64,000 nucleotides of DNA, taken from the NCBI GenBank assembly GCA_963708075.1, contig OY970194.1, forward strand, positions 4,032,001 to 4,096,000, in the 5' to 3' direction. Numbering within the stretch: position 1 is the stretch's first letter; the number at the start of each line of letters is the position of its first letter. This stretch comes from Sedimentisphaerales bacterium (GTDB taxonomy: Bacteria > Planctomycetota > Phycisphaerae > Sedimentisphaerales > Anaerobacaceae). The notes beneath the pieces are model-generated. The model was not told the DNA's origin and made no database searches. It saw only the letters and a program-made list of their open reading frames with translations. The translations under genes and the position numbers were made by a program. Below, in pieces: positions 42,618 through 53,962 of this stretch.

Positions 42618-45017
42618 ATGGCTAAGCAAGCAGTGCAAGAAAAGGCAGCGCCTCTGTCTCAGACGGAACTGGAGCAAATGAACGCGTACTGGCGTGCTGC
42701 CAATTACCTCGCGGTCGGACAGATCTATCTGCTGGATAATCCTTTGTTGCGCGAACCGCTCACGCGAGAGCATATAAAGTCCAGACTGCTTGGGCATTGG
42801 GGGACGACGCCCGGGCTGAATTTCATTTACGTCCACCTGAACCGTTTGATCAATAAGTATGATCTCAACGTCATATACGTCGCGGGTCCGGGACACGGCG
42901 GCCCGGCTTTGGTGTCCAACGTCTATCTGGAAGGAACGTACAGCGAGTACTATTCGGATATCCCACAAGATGCAGATGGGATGAGGAAGTTGTTCAGACA
43001 GTTTTCTTTTCCGTACGGGATTCCCAGCCATGTGGCGGCCGAAACGCCGGGGTCAATCCACGAAGGCGGCGAATTAGGTTATGCTGTATCTCACGCATAT
43101 GGTGCGGCCTTTGACAATCCCGACCTGATCGTCGCGTGCGTCGTCGGTGATGGAGAAGCGGAAACCGGGCCCCTGGCGGCAGCCTGGCATTCCAACAAAT
43201 TCCTGAATCCGGCGCGTGACGGCGCCGTGCTTCCCATCCTGCATCTCAATGGATACAAGATCGCTAATCCCACGATCCTGGCGCGAATACCTCACGAAGA
43301 ACTGGAAAGCCTGTTCATCGGCTATGGGTATAAACCCTATTTTGTGGAAGGCTCTGACCCGGAAACGATGCACCAACTGATGGCCGGCACAATGGAAGAC
43401 ATAGTCGCGGAAATTACGTCCATACAGGACGACGCGCGGGTCAGGGGCAAGACGGCGCGTCCTCAATGGCCCATACTCATCCTGAGGTCTCCCAAGGGTT
43501 GGACAGGTCCGAAGGAAGTGGACGGGCTCAAGACGGAAGATTTCTGGCGTTCGCATCAGGTGCCGTTCTCGAAGATGGATGACGATCACATCAAATTGCT
43601 TGAAAACTGGATGAAGAGTTATAAACCTGAGGAATTGTTTGACGCCAATGGGAAACTGATACCGGAACTCGCGGAACTGGCGCCGAAAGGCAAGCGACGA
43701 ATGGGAGACAACCCGCACACGAACGGCGGACAACTGCTGAAAGATCTTCGAATGCCCGATTTCAGGGATTACGCAGTCGAGGTCCCTGCCCCCGGAGAGG
43801 TGATTGGAGAGGCGACTCGCACCATGGGCAAGTTCCTGCGGGACGTCATGAAACTCAATCTGGATGCCGCAAATTTCAGGGTGGTGGGTCCGGATGAGGT
43901 CGCCTCGAACCGGTTGGGAAATCTTTTCGAAGTGACGGACCGCACCTGGATGGAACCGACGATTCCTGAAGACGACCACCTTTCTCCCAACGGCCGAGTG
44001 ATGGAGATCTTGAGTGAGCATACCTGCCAGGGGTGGCTGGAAGGGTACCTGCTCACCGGCCGCCACGGCCTGTTCACGTCCTATGAGGCGTTCATACACC
44101 TGGTGGATTCCATGTTCAATCAGCACGCCAAATGGCTGAAGGTATCGCGAGAGATTCCCTGGCGAAGGGCCATTGCCTCGCTCAATTACCTGCTGTCGTC
44201 TCACGTGTGGCGACAAGACCATAACGGTTTCAGTCATCAGGACCCGGGATTCATCGACCATGTGGTGAATAAGAAGGCGGATATCATCAGGGTGTATTTC
44301 CCGCCGGACGCGAATTGCCTGTTGTCGGTCACCGACCACTGTCTGCGAAGTCGCAACTATGTCAATGTCATCGTCGCCGGCAAACAGCCCCTGCCTCAGT
44401 GGCTGAATATGGACCAGGCGATCAAGCACTGCACGGCGGGCATCGGAATCTGGGAATGGGCCAGTAATGACAAGGGCTCAGAGCCCGATATTGTGATGGC
44501 GTGCTGTGGCGACGCTCCGACCATAGAGACCCTTGCGGCGGTCGATATCCTGAGAAAACACATTCCTCAACTGAAAATCAGAGTGATCAACGTTGTGGAC
44601 CTGATGACCCTTCAGCCCAAAGAGGAACATCCGCACGGTCTGACGGATTTCGACTTTGATTCGTTATTCACGAAGGACAAGCCCATTATCTTCGCCTATC
44701 ATGGCTATCCCTGGCTGATCCACCGTTTAGCGTACCGACGCACCAATCACAAGAATCTGCACGTTCGCGGCTATAAGGAAGAAGGAACCACGACGACTCC
44801 GTTTGACATCATGGTGATGAACGATCTGAGCCGCTTGAATCTCGTCTCCGATGTGATCGACCGGCTTCCACAACTCGGTTCGAGCGCGGCCTACGCCAAA
44901 CAAGCCATCCGCGATAAGCTGATTGACCATAAGGAGTATGTCTCCGAGTATGGTGTAGACATGCCTGAGATACGCGACTGGAAATGGCCCTACGCTACGG
45001 AAGGAGACGCCAGTTAG
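42618..45017 (+). CDS. xfp: Phosphoketolase (XFP family)
   Basis: [29 protein letters not shown] and [12 protein letters not shown]. Confidence 0.96.
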   Translation: MAKQAVQEKAAPLSQTELEQMNAYWRAANYLAVGQIYLLDNPLLREPLTREHIKSRLLGHWGTTPGLNFIYVHLNRLINKYDLNVIYVAGPGHGGPALVSNVYLEGTYSEYYSDIPQDADGMRKLFRQFSFPYGIPSHVAAETPGSIHEGGELGYAVSHAYGAAFDNPDLIVACVVGDGEAETGPLAAAWHSNKFLNPARDGAVLPILHLNGYKIANPTILARIPHEELESLFIGYGYKPYFVEGSDPETMHQLMAGTMEDIVAEITSIQDDARVRGKTARPQWPILILRSPKGWTGPKEVDGLKTEDFWRSHQVPFSKMDDDHIKLLENWMKSYKPEELFDANGKLIPELAELAPKGKRRMGDNPHTNGGQLLKDLRMPDFRDYAVEVPAPGEVIGEATRTMGKFLRDVMKLNLDAANFRVVGPDEVASNRLGNLFEVTDRTWMEPTIPEDDHLSPNGRVMEILSEHTCQGWLEGYLLTGRHGLFTSYEAFIHLVDSMFNQHAKWLKVSREIPWRRAIASLNYLLSSHVWRQDHNGFSHQDPGFIDHVVNKKADIIRVYFPPDANCLLSVTDHCLRSRNYVNVIVAGKQPLPQWLNMDQAIKHCTAGIGIWEWASNDKGSEPDIVMACCGDAPTIETLAAVDILRKHIPQLKIRVINVVDLMTLQPKEEHPHGLTDFDFDSLFTKDKPIIFAYHGYPWLIHRLAYRRTNHKNLHVRGYKEEGTTTTPFDIMVMNDLSRLNLVSDVIDRLPQLGSSAAYAKQAIRDKLIDHKEYVSEYGVDMPEIRDWKWPYATEGDAS

Positions 45018-45030
45018 TGCGAGAGCCGAC

Positions 45031-46260
45031 ATGAACATATTAGCCATAAACTGCGGTTCGAGCAGCATCAAACTCAGGCTGTTCGATGTCAACCGGGACT
45101 TTCGATTGATCGCCAAAGGGCTGGCGGAGCGCATCGGCCAGGAATCCGGGTCCATTTACCGCATTCTTGAGGACAAACAGGAATTCAGAAGGGAACTGCC
45201 TTTGCCCGACCACCGCGCCGCCATGCACGCGCTGCATCACGCGATGGTCGAGGACGATTCGGATCTCGCGGGAAATGCCGTCGGAATAGATGGTGTAGGG
45301 CATAGAATAGTCCACGGCGGAGAACGATTCAGAAATCCCGTCCTGATCGATGCGGAAGTGATTGACGGCATAAAAGAGGCCGCACGGTTCGCTCCTCTGC
45401 ACTGTCAGCCCAATATCATCGGCATCGAGGTCGCACAGGAGGTGCTGCCGGATATTCCTCATGTGGCTGTCTTTGACACCGCCGCTCATCAGACAATCCC
45501 GCCCAAGGCATTTCTGTACGGCCTTCCGGCAGAGCTCTATGAAAAGTCCAAGATTCGCAAGTACGGTTTTCACGGAATCAATCACAGTTATGTTGCGAAC
45601 GAGGCTGCGCAGATTCTAGGACAACCACTCCCCGACCTCAAAGTCATAACCTGTCATCTGGGCAACGGCTGCTCAATTACAGCCTTTGAACGGGGTAGAA
45701 GCATCGATACTTCCATGGGACTTACACCTTTGGAAGGGCTGATCATGGGGAGTCGATGCGGGGATCTGGACCCCGCCATAGTCCTGTACCTGATTGACGA
45801 ACTGGGTTTAACCACTTCAGAGGTAACGGATTTGCTCAACACCAAGAGCGGCCTGTTAGGGCTCTGCGGCAACAACGATATGCGTGACATCATCGCAATG
45901 GCTGAAAAGGGAGAACTCCGTTCGCAAGTTGCGATCGATGTGTTTGTCTACCGAATCCAGAAGTATATCGGGGCGTATGTCGCAGCGATGAACGGAATTG
46001 ACGTCATCGTGTTTACCGGAGGGATTGGAGAGAACAGTCCGTATATACGACAACGTGTGGCAGCCAATTTGGGATATCTGGGTGTCAGTATAGATCCAGA
46101 GAGGAATGATAACGGTGAGACTGTGTTTTCCTCCGACAATTCATCTGTCGCACTCATGACAATTCCCGCGAATGAAGAAATGGTCATTGCGCAGCAAACA
46201 TATGGCATGCTGACTAGGAGCATGGAGACACTCGTACAGAAGTCGGACGTGACATCATAG
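45031..46260 (+). CDS. ackA: Acetate kinase
   Basis: INCGSSSIK, GHRIVHGG, YGFHG, CHLGNG and FTGGIGENS. Confidence 0.96.
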   Translation: MNILAINCGSSSIKLRLFDVNRDFRLIAKGLAERIGQESGSIYRILEDKQEFRRELPLPDHRAAMHALHHAMVEDDSDLAGNAVGIDGVGHRIVHGGERFRNPVLIDAEVIDGIKEAARFAPLHCQPNIIGIEVAQEVLPDIPHVAVFDTAAHQTIPPKAFLYGLPAELYEKSKIRKYGFHGINHSYVANEAAQILGQPLPDLKVITCHLGNGCSITAFERGRSIDTSMGLTPLEGLIMGSRCGDLDPAIVLYLIDELGLTTSEVTDLLNTKSGLLGLCGNNDMRDIIAMAEKGELRSQVAIDVFVYRIQKYIGAYVAAMNGIDVIVFTGGIGENSPYIRQRVAANLGYLGVSIDPERNDNGETVFSSDNSSVALMTIPANEEMVIAQQTYGMLTRSMETLVQKSDVTS

Positions 46261-46269
46261 GAGCCTCCT

Positions 46270-47295
46270 ATGTCCAAGAAATCATTGATGCGGATTCTTC
46301 TGGTGGTCGTTGTCGTGGGTGTCGCTGCATTCCTTGGCTTTAAGTATTGGAAGGCAAGGCAATCCGCGCTGCCCAAGGGAATTGTCTCGGGTAACGGCCG
46401 GATCGAGGCCAAACTGGTCGATGTCGCCGCCAGGGAACCGCTGAGGGTCAAGGAAATCCTCGTTGACGAAGGCGATCTAGTCCAGCCGGACCAGGTGGTA
46501 GTACAGATGGACACTGTTACTCTTGAGGCCGAACTGGCCGAGGCTCAGCAAAAGGTCGCCGCCGCGAGGGAGGGTGTGGCCGTCGCCAATGCCGCCATTG
46601 TCAAGGTGAAAAGTCAGATCGAACTTGCCAAGATCGAGGTCGAACGCGCCCGAAAGCTCGTCGAGGAACGCGCCGCCTCGCAGCGGGAACTCGATCTCCG
46701 CCAGACGGCCGTACAAACAACCACGGCCGCCCTCGCGGAGGAGGTAGCGAGACTGCAAACCGCTGAGCAAGAGGTCAAAGTCGCACAGGCAAACGTGGCA
46801 ACCATCCAGACCCGCATCGATGACGCGACGCTCAAGTCCCCCGTCCGTGGAAGAGTGCTCTATCGCTTGGCCGAAGTGGGCGAGGTCCTGGCTGCCGGCG
46901 GGAAAGCATTGACGCTGGTGAATCTGCAAGACGTCTACATGGAGATCTTCCTTCCCTCCGAAGAGGCCGCGAGACTTCAGATTGGCTCCGAAGCGAGGAT
47001 TACCCTTGACTATACTCCTCCCAACCGCGCCGCCGCCGGATACGTCAGCTTCGTGTCCCCGGAAGCCCAGTTCACTCCCAAACAGGTCGAGACACGCAGC
47101 GAGCGCAGCAAGCTGATGTTTCGTGTCAAGATCCGGCTGCCGGAAGAGTTGGTCACCTCGTACATCCAGTACATCAAGACAGGCGTCCGAGGCGTCGGGT
47201 ATGTCAAGGTGGATCAATACGCTGTCTGGCCGGACAGGTTGCAGAACCTCTTGGCGCCGTCCCAAGAAGTCGCACGGCAGGATACCCTTAAGTGA
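46270..47295 (+). CDS. HlyD-family periplasmic adaptor (YhiI-like)
   Basis: N-terminal anchor, GNGRIEA, coiled coil and AQFTPKQVET. Confidence 0.9.
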   Translation: MSKKSLMRILLVVVVVGVAAFLGFKYWKARQSALPKGIVSGNGRIEAKLVDVAAREPLRVKEILVDEGDLVQPDQVVVQMDTVTLEAELAEAQQKVAAAREGVAVANAAIVKVKSQIELAKIEVERARKLVEERAASQRELDLRQTAVQTTTAALAEEVARLQTAEQEVKVAQANVATIQTRIDDATLKSPVRGRVLYRLAEVGEVLAAGGKALTLVNLQDVYMEIFLPSEEAARLQIGSEARITLDYTPPNRAAAGYVSFVSPEAQFTPKQVETRSERSKLMFRVKIRLPEELVTSYIQYIKTGVRGVGYVKVDQYAVWPDRLQNLLAPSQEVARQDTLK

Positions 47296-47316
47296 ACGAC
47301 CCAAGGAGGTGTCTTG

Positions 47317-48955
47317 ATGGGCAGCCATAACGATGCAAAGCCAACGATGTCCAGAGAGCCTTTGGCCGTTGCCGGTGTGATTTCACTGCTGAGCGGGGTG
47401 TTGGCGTTGGGCGGGTGTACGGTGGGTCCTGACTTCATGACACCCGAGGCCAGAATCCAGGAAAACTGGAGCGAGGCAGGTGATGCGCGGGTCGTGACTC
47501 AGACCGTAATTGCCAGGGAATGGTGGAGGGCCTTCCATGACCCAACACTCGATGAATTAATACAATCGGCCTACCGGCAGAATTTGCCGCTGCAGATCGC
47601 CGGTTCTCAGAATTCTGGAAGCACGAGCCCGGTTGGGAATTGCCCTTGGCCAGCAGTATCCCCAGCAACAAGAGGTCTTCGGCAGTGCAGCGCAGGTGGG
47701 CCTTAGTCAAAACGCGCCCAACGGCGCCCTGCCCGAGCACAATTATTGGGATTATCAGTTGGGCTTTGATGCGGTCTGGGAATTGGATTTCTGGGGCAAG
47801 TTTCGCAGGGATGTCGAAGCAGCCCAGGCGGACTGGCTGGCCTCGGCGGCCGATTATGATAATGCCCTGGTATCGCTTACCGCGGAAGTCGCCCGCACCT
47901 ATACCGTGGTTCGCACCTCTGAGGTGCTCATCCAAATAACGCTCGCAAACGTCAAGGTGCAGGAGGATGGGCTCGCCATTGCCGAGTCCCGTTTCCGCAA
48001 TGGCGCCACCACGGAACTGGATGTGACACAGGCTCGCACCTTGTTGGAGAGTACCCGGGCTTCCATCCCACGGCTGCAAACCCAACTGCAGCAGGCGCAG
48101 AACGCCTTGAGCACGCTGTTAGGACAGCCGACGGGCGTCGTCCGGGCATTGCTGGATAAACAGAGAGGGATTCCGACGGCACCTGCGCAGGTTGCAGTCA
48201 GCGTTCCGGCTGAACTGCTTCGACGGCGTCCCGATATCCGTAGCGCCGAGCTTTTTGCCGCCGCACAAAGTGCCCGCATTGGCATTGCCAAAGCGGATTT
48301 GTATCCACGTTTCACACTCTTTGGTGAGATCGGGTTTCAAACCAGCAGCCAGGGTGGGGCGCGGTCCAACAATGCTGATGTGGGAAATATATTTGATAGC
48401 GACAGCTTGTTCTATTCCTTTGGCCCGGGATTTCAGTGGCCCATTTTCAATTACGGCCGCATAGAGAATAATGTGCGCGTCCAGGACGCGAGATTTCAGC
48501 AGTTGCTGGTCAATTACCAGGACACCGTTCTCAGGGCGGCCCAGGAAGTGGAAGACGCTCTCATCGGCTTTCTCAACGAACAGGAAGCCAGAGTCTTTGA
48601 CCAAAACGCCGTAAATGCTGCACAGCGGTCGGTGGAGATTGCCTTGGCACAATATCGGGAAGGCGCCGTAGATTATCAGCGGGTACTAGATACGCAACGT
48701 GCCTTATTACTGGAGGAAAGTAATCTGGCCCGGACGTATTCATCCATTGCCACGAATTTGATTGCCCTTTACAAGGCGTTGGGCGGGGGTTGGGAATTGC
48801 GCCAGGGCCAACCCATCGTAGCGGAAAGCACGCAAGCCGAGATGCAACAACGGACCGACTGGGGCCGTTTGTTGCCGCCGCCACCGGCGCCTGAAACCTT
48901 GAACCCGCCACCGCCGGCTCGTGATATACCCATTTTGCAGAAACCTGATTGGTAA
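47317..48955 (+). CDS. Efflux outer-membrane factor lipoprotein (NodT/OprM family), +1 frameshift at about 47604
   Basis: [10 protein letters not shown] lipobox, [16 protein letters not shown] and LYKALGGGW. Deleting one T in GGTTCTC (47602-47608) restores [13 protein letters not shown]. Confidence 0.88.
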
Positions 48956-49053
48956 GTCCGGCAAAGTCTGTCCCGCGTTCGGTGGGAGTGCACGCGTCAC
49001 GTGGTGATTGTATCAAACTACTGCCAAAGAGTGTTGTATGGAAGGCTCAATCC

Positions 49054-51833
49054 ATGCTATCCCCCGCACCTGAATCGGCCGGCACGCCGGTGGTCACGAT
49101 CAAAGACGTCACCCACCGTTATGGGAGCGTTGTGGCGCTCGATGGCATTAGCCTCGATATCCCCAGAGGCCGCATGGTCGGCATCATCGGCCCTGACGGC
49201 GTCGGCAAGTCGACGCTCATGGCCCTGATCGCCGGATCCAAGAAGATGCAGCAGGGGAAAGTGATTGTCCTGGATGGGGACATCGCTGATGCCCGACATC
49301 GAGGCGCCGTATGCCCGCGGATCGCCTACATGCCCCAGGGTTTGGGCAAGAACCTCTACTTGGAACTCAGCGTCCATGAGAACGTCGACTTCATGGCAAG
49401 ACTCTTCGGACTCTCCGCCGCGGAGCGTCCGATCCGCATTAAGGAATTGCTGGATGCCACCGGGCTGGGCCCGTTTCCCGGACGTCCCGCCGGCAAACTC
49501 TCCGGCGGGATGAAACAGAAGGTGGGGCTCTGCGGCGCCTTGGTGCACGAACCGGATCTTCTGGTTCTCGATGAGCCCACCACCGGCGTCGATCCGCTCT
49601 CCCGGCGCCAATTTTGGACGCTCATTGACGATATTCGTGCAGGCCGCCCCAGCATGAGTGTCGTCATTTCCACCGCCTACATGGACGAGGCGCAGCGGTG
49701 GGACTGGATCGTCGCCATGGACGCCGGACGTGTGCTGGCGACGGGAACACCGGCGGAGCTGATGCAGCGGACAGGCACCAAAGATTTGGAGCAATGCTTC
49801 GTCGCCCTGCTGCCGGAGGAAAAACGCGCGGGGCATAAGGAGCTGACCATCCCGCCGCGTACGGCCGCTACATCGGAGATCGCCATCGATGCCAAGGGCC
49901 TGACGAAACGCTTCGGCAGCTTCACCGCAGTCGACCACGTTACGCTGTCGGTCGAGCGCGGCGAGATCTTCGGCTTCCTCGGCTCCAATGGCTGCGGCAA
50001 GTCCACGACCATGAAGATGTTGACGGGACTGCTGCCGCCCACCGAGGGGACCGCGACGCTCTTTGGCCAGTCGGTCGAAGCCGGAAGCCTCGAAGTGCGC
50101 GAGCAGCTCGGCTACATGACCCAGGCGTTCTCCCTCTGGGGGGAACTGACCGTCCGCCAGAACCTGGCCCTGGATGCTCGCCTCTATCACATTCCGCCTG
50201 ATCAGGCGAAAGCACGTCTCGAGGAGCTGGTCGAGAAATTCGGATTGGGTCCCTATCTCGATGCTTTGGCCGAGGATCTGCCGTTGGGGATGCGCCAGCG
50301 ACTTTCGCTGGCGGTCGCCGTTCTGCATGACCCGGAAATGCTGATTCTGGATGAACCCACCTCGGGGGTCGATCCGGTCGCGCGGGACAGTTTCTGGGAA
50401 TTGCTGATCGAGCTTTCGCGCCGGGAGGGCGTGACCATCTTCATCACGACGCACTTCATGAACGAAGGAATGCGCTGTGACCGGATCTCGCTCATGAACG
50501 CGGGCAAGGTGCTGGCGTGTGATGCGCCCAGAAGCTAATCGAAGCGCGTGGCGCCGCCAGCCTGGAGGACGCATTCATCGCTTACATGGAGGATTCGATC
50601 GCCAGTGTCGCGCCCAGCGGCGAAAGAAAGGACAAGGCACCAGCCGACGCCCCCGTAGTGAAACCGGCCGTGCTCCCGTCCCCACCCCCGGCGCAGCACT
50701 CCGGTGGGTTCAGCCTGGGGCGGATGCTCGCCTACACCGCGAACGAAACCATGCAGATCCGTCGCGATCCGGTGCGCTTGGCCTTCGCCTTCATTGGTTC
50801 GTTATTGCTGATGCTCGTCTTCGGCTTTGGAATTACTACCGACGTCGAACACATTCGCTACGCCTCAATCGATCTCGACCAGTCGCCGGAAAGCCGCGCT
50901 TACCTCGAGCAATTCGCCAGCTCGAATCGTTATTTTACCGGTACTCCACCGGTATTTTCCGCCGACGATGCCCTATCGCGACTGCAATCGAATGACATCG
51001 CGCTGGTCCTTGAGATTCCGCCGAGTCTCGGCAGGGATGTCCGCAGGGATTCCAAACCGGATGTCTCGGCGCAAGTGGATGGCGCCAATCCATACCGTGG
51101 CGAAACCATTGCGCAGTATGCCCAAGGTGTCCACAATACCATGCTGCGCGATCCCGCGAGCGGACTATACGCCGGCCCTGAGAAATACACTGCCGACATC
51201 CAGGAGCGGTACATGTACAATCCCACGTTCGAGAGCATCTACTCGATCGTGCCGAGCGTCCCCGCCCTGCTGCTGGTCCTGATCCCGGCGATTCTCATGG
51301 CCGTCAGCGTGGTCCGCGAAAAGGAATTGGGCTCCATCATCAACTTCTATGTCACGCCGACAGGGAGGCTGGAGTACCTCCTGGGAAAACAGATTCCCTA
51401 CATCGTCATCGGCATGCTGAACTATTTCATTCTGGTTGCCATGGCGCTGGTCGTCTTCGGCGTCCCGATCAAGGGAAGCTTTCTGATGTTGACGTTGTGC
51501 ACACTGCTCTACGTTACCGCGACAACCGGCATCGGGTTGGTGACTTCGACCTTCACCAGCAGTCAGGTCGCGGCGGTCTTTGTCACCGCGATCCTGACCA
51601 TTTTGCCGACCACCCAGTTCTCCGGCTTGTTGCAGCCGGTCTCGACACTTCAGGGTCAAGCCCGGCTTATCGGTTCCATCTGGCCGACATCGTATTACAT
51701 GCACTCCAGCGTGGGCGCGTATACCAAGGGGCTCGCACCCGGTCTCATGATGCAGGACATCATCTTTCTGGCCTGTTGTATCCCAATTCTGTTGGCGGTG
51801 GGTGTCATTGGCCTGAGAAAGCAGGAGAAATAG
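49054..51833 (+). CDS. rbbA: Dual-ATPase ABC transporter with fused permease (RbbA/YhiH), -1 frameshift at about 50528
   Basis: [27 protein letters not shown] and two LDEPT motifs, then an ABC-2 membrane domain (VVREKELG). One added base gives [23 protein letters not shown]. Confidence 0.85.
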
Positions 51834-51835
51834 CG

Positions 51836-52960
51836 ATGGGGTCATTCCTGAACGTCTTTTGGCTGGGGCTGAAGGAAATGGCCAGCCTGTTGAGTGATGT
51901 GGTGATGGTCCTGTTCGTCGCCTATGCGTTTACCATGGCGATCTACGTCCAGGCGACAGGGACTTCGACTCAGGTGAACAACGCCTCGATCGCCTTTGTG
52001 GACGAGGACGGGTCGGCCTTGTCCAAAGAACTGATGAATGCTTTCTATCCGCCGTATTTCCAGTTGCCTGAGATCATCGCGGCCACGCAGGTCGACGACG
52101 CGATGGACAAAGGTCAGTTCATGTTCGTCGTGGCGATCCCGCCCCGGTTCGAAGGAGACCTTCGCGCCGGCCGCCGACCGGATCTCCAGGTGAACATCGA
52201 CGCGACCGCAATGCAGCAAGCAGGTATCGGCGCGGGCTACATTAAGAATATCATTAACGATCGTATCGCCAGTTTCTTCACGCGCACGGACGTGATTCCG
52301 CCTCAGCCGATCAACCTGGTCGTTCGCAGACTGTTCAATCCGAACGGAATCTCCGCATGGTTTTCCAGTGTAGTGGCCATCATCAATCAAATCACTCTGC
52401 TGACCGTCGTTTTGACGGGCGCCGCGGTGATCCGCGAACGCGAGCACGGGACGTTGGAACACCTGCTGGTGATGCCACTGTCGGCCTTCGAAATCGCCAT
52501 GGCGAAGGTTTGGGCCAATGGCCTGATCATCCTTATCGCCACGGCGGTTTCGCTTTTCCTGATTGTGAGAATGGTGCTGCAAGTGCCGTTCGCCGGCTCG
52601 ATCCCGCTGTGGTTCGGCGGCGTCGTGCTTTATCTGTTCTTCACGACGGCGCTTGGGATCTTCCTCGGGACGATTTCGCGGTCGATGGCGCAGTTCGCAC
52701 TTTTGATCATTCTGGTAATCCTCGTGCTGATGCTGCTTTCGGGCGGGAATACACCGATCGAGAGCCAGCCGCGATGGCTGCAGTACCTTACGTTCTTCCT
52801 GCCTTCACGGCATTTTGTCAGCTTTTCGCAAGTGATTATTTATCGCGGCGGCGGCCTTAGTGCGGTCTGGCCTAATTTTCTGATGGTCGCTGCAATCGGT
52901 CTTGGGTTCTTCGTGTACAGCCTGGCGCTCTTCCGGAAATCAATCGCGGTAACGAAGTAA
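51836..52960 (+). CDS. ABC-2 type permease (YhhJ-like)
   Basis: IREREHGTLEHLLVMP and LSGGNTPIES. Confidence 0.9.
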   Translation: MGSFLNVFWLGLKEMASLLSDVVMVLFVAYAFTMAIYVQATGTSTQVNNASIAFVDEDGSALSKELMNAFYPPYFQLPEIIAATQVDDAMDKGQFMFVVAIPPRFEGDLRAGRRPDLQVNIDATAMQQAGIGAGYIKNIINDRIASFFTRTDVIPPQPINLVVRRLFNPNGISAWFSSVVAIINQITLLTVVLTGAAVIREREHGTLEHLLVMPLSAFEIAMAKVWANGLIILIATAVSLFLIVRMVLQVPFAGSIPLWFGGVVLYLFFTTALGIFLGTISRSMAQFALLIILVILVLMLLSGGNTPIESQPRWLQYLTFFLPSRHFVSFSQVIIYRGGGLSAVWPNFLMVAAIGLGFFVYSLALFRKSIAVTK

Positions 52961-53054
52961 GTTCCGGGCCTGAGATCCCGATGGCTGAGCGGGACTGTGA
53001 AATTCTGTATCCTGCTTTCACGATTCATGACAGACTCGAATAGGGAAGACACCT

Positions 53055-53903
53055 ATGACACCCATGGCAAAGTCCAAATCAACCAAACAGACAAAACCGA
53101 GGAGAATTCCTGAGCTTACGCCTGATGAATGGGAGTACGGGTGGCAATCCTATTGGAAGAAGGCTGGTTTCACGCCTTATGAACTGCCTCCCGCTGAAAC
53201 GGCGAAGACGAATCCCGAGTATGAGTTCCTGATGACGACCCGCACGGTAGAGCGAGAAACGGAGCGGCTTGCGCGCATTGACGCCGAGTTTGTGCGGGGC
53301 TTCAAGGGATTGGGGAGACTGGGGCCCGCCGTCACGGTGTTCGGCTCCGCCCGATTCAAGCATGACCATCCGTACTACGGACTCGCCCGCCAGGTTGGCC
53401 GCGAACTGGCAAGACGAGGTTTTGCGACGCTTACCGGAGGCGGCCCCGGCATTATGGAGGCGGCCAACCGCGGAGCCCATGAAGCCGGCGGCGTCAGTTA
53501 CGGGCTGAATATCATTCTGCCGCATGAGCAATCCGCCAACCCTTATGTCGATAAGCAGATCGAGTTTCATTACTTCTTCGTCCGAAAAGTGATGCTCGTA
53601 AAATACTCCTGCGCGTATGTGGTGATGCCGGGCGGGTTGGGGACGCTGGATGAACTTTTTGAAGCCGCCACCCTCATCCAGTGCAGAAAAATAGGTCCGT
53701 TCCCGCTGGTGCTCATGGGCACCGAGTTCTGGGACGGCCTGCGCAGCTTCGGACGGTTCATGATGGATCAGGGCGTGTTCAATGCCAACGAACTCGGTTT
53801 CGGACGTATCACGGATTCCCCCGAAGAAGCGGTGGATCTGATCGTACGAAGTCAGCCGCCCGCCGTCCGCGATCGGCTGGTACCCGCCACACCCACAAGA
53901 TAG
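53055..53903 (+). CDS. LOG-family Rossmann-fold nucleotide phosphoribohydrolase-like protein
   Basis: VFGSAR, TGGGPGIMEAAN, YFFVRK and PGGLGTLDE. Confidence 0.9.
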   Translation: MTPMAKSKSTKQTKPRRIPELTPDEWEYGWQSYWKKAGFTPYELPPAETAKTNPEYEFLMTTRTVERETERLARIDAEFVRGFKGLGRLGPAVTVFGSARFKHDHPYYGLARQVGRELARRGFATLTGGGPGIMEAANRGAHEAGGVSYGLNIILPHEQSANPYVDKQIEFHYFFVRKVMLVKYSCAYVVMPGGLGTLDELFEAATLIQCRKIGPFPLVLMGTEFWDGLRSFGRFMMDQGVFNANELGFGRITDSPEEAVDLIVRSQPPAVRDRLVPATPTR

Positions 53904-53962
53904 ATGCCGCGGCACCGGCTTCTTCGGGCAGGAACATCCGGCTCTGTCAAGGAGAGTGTCAT

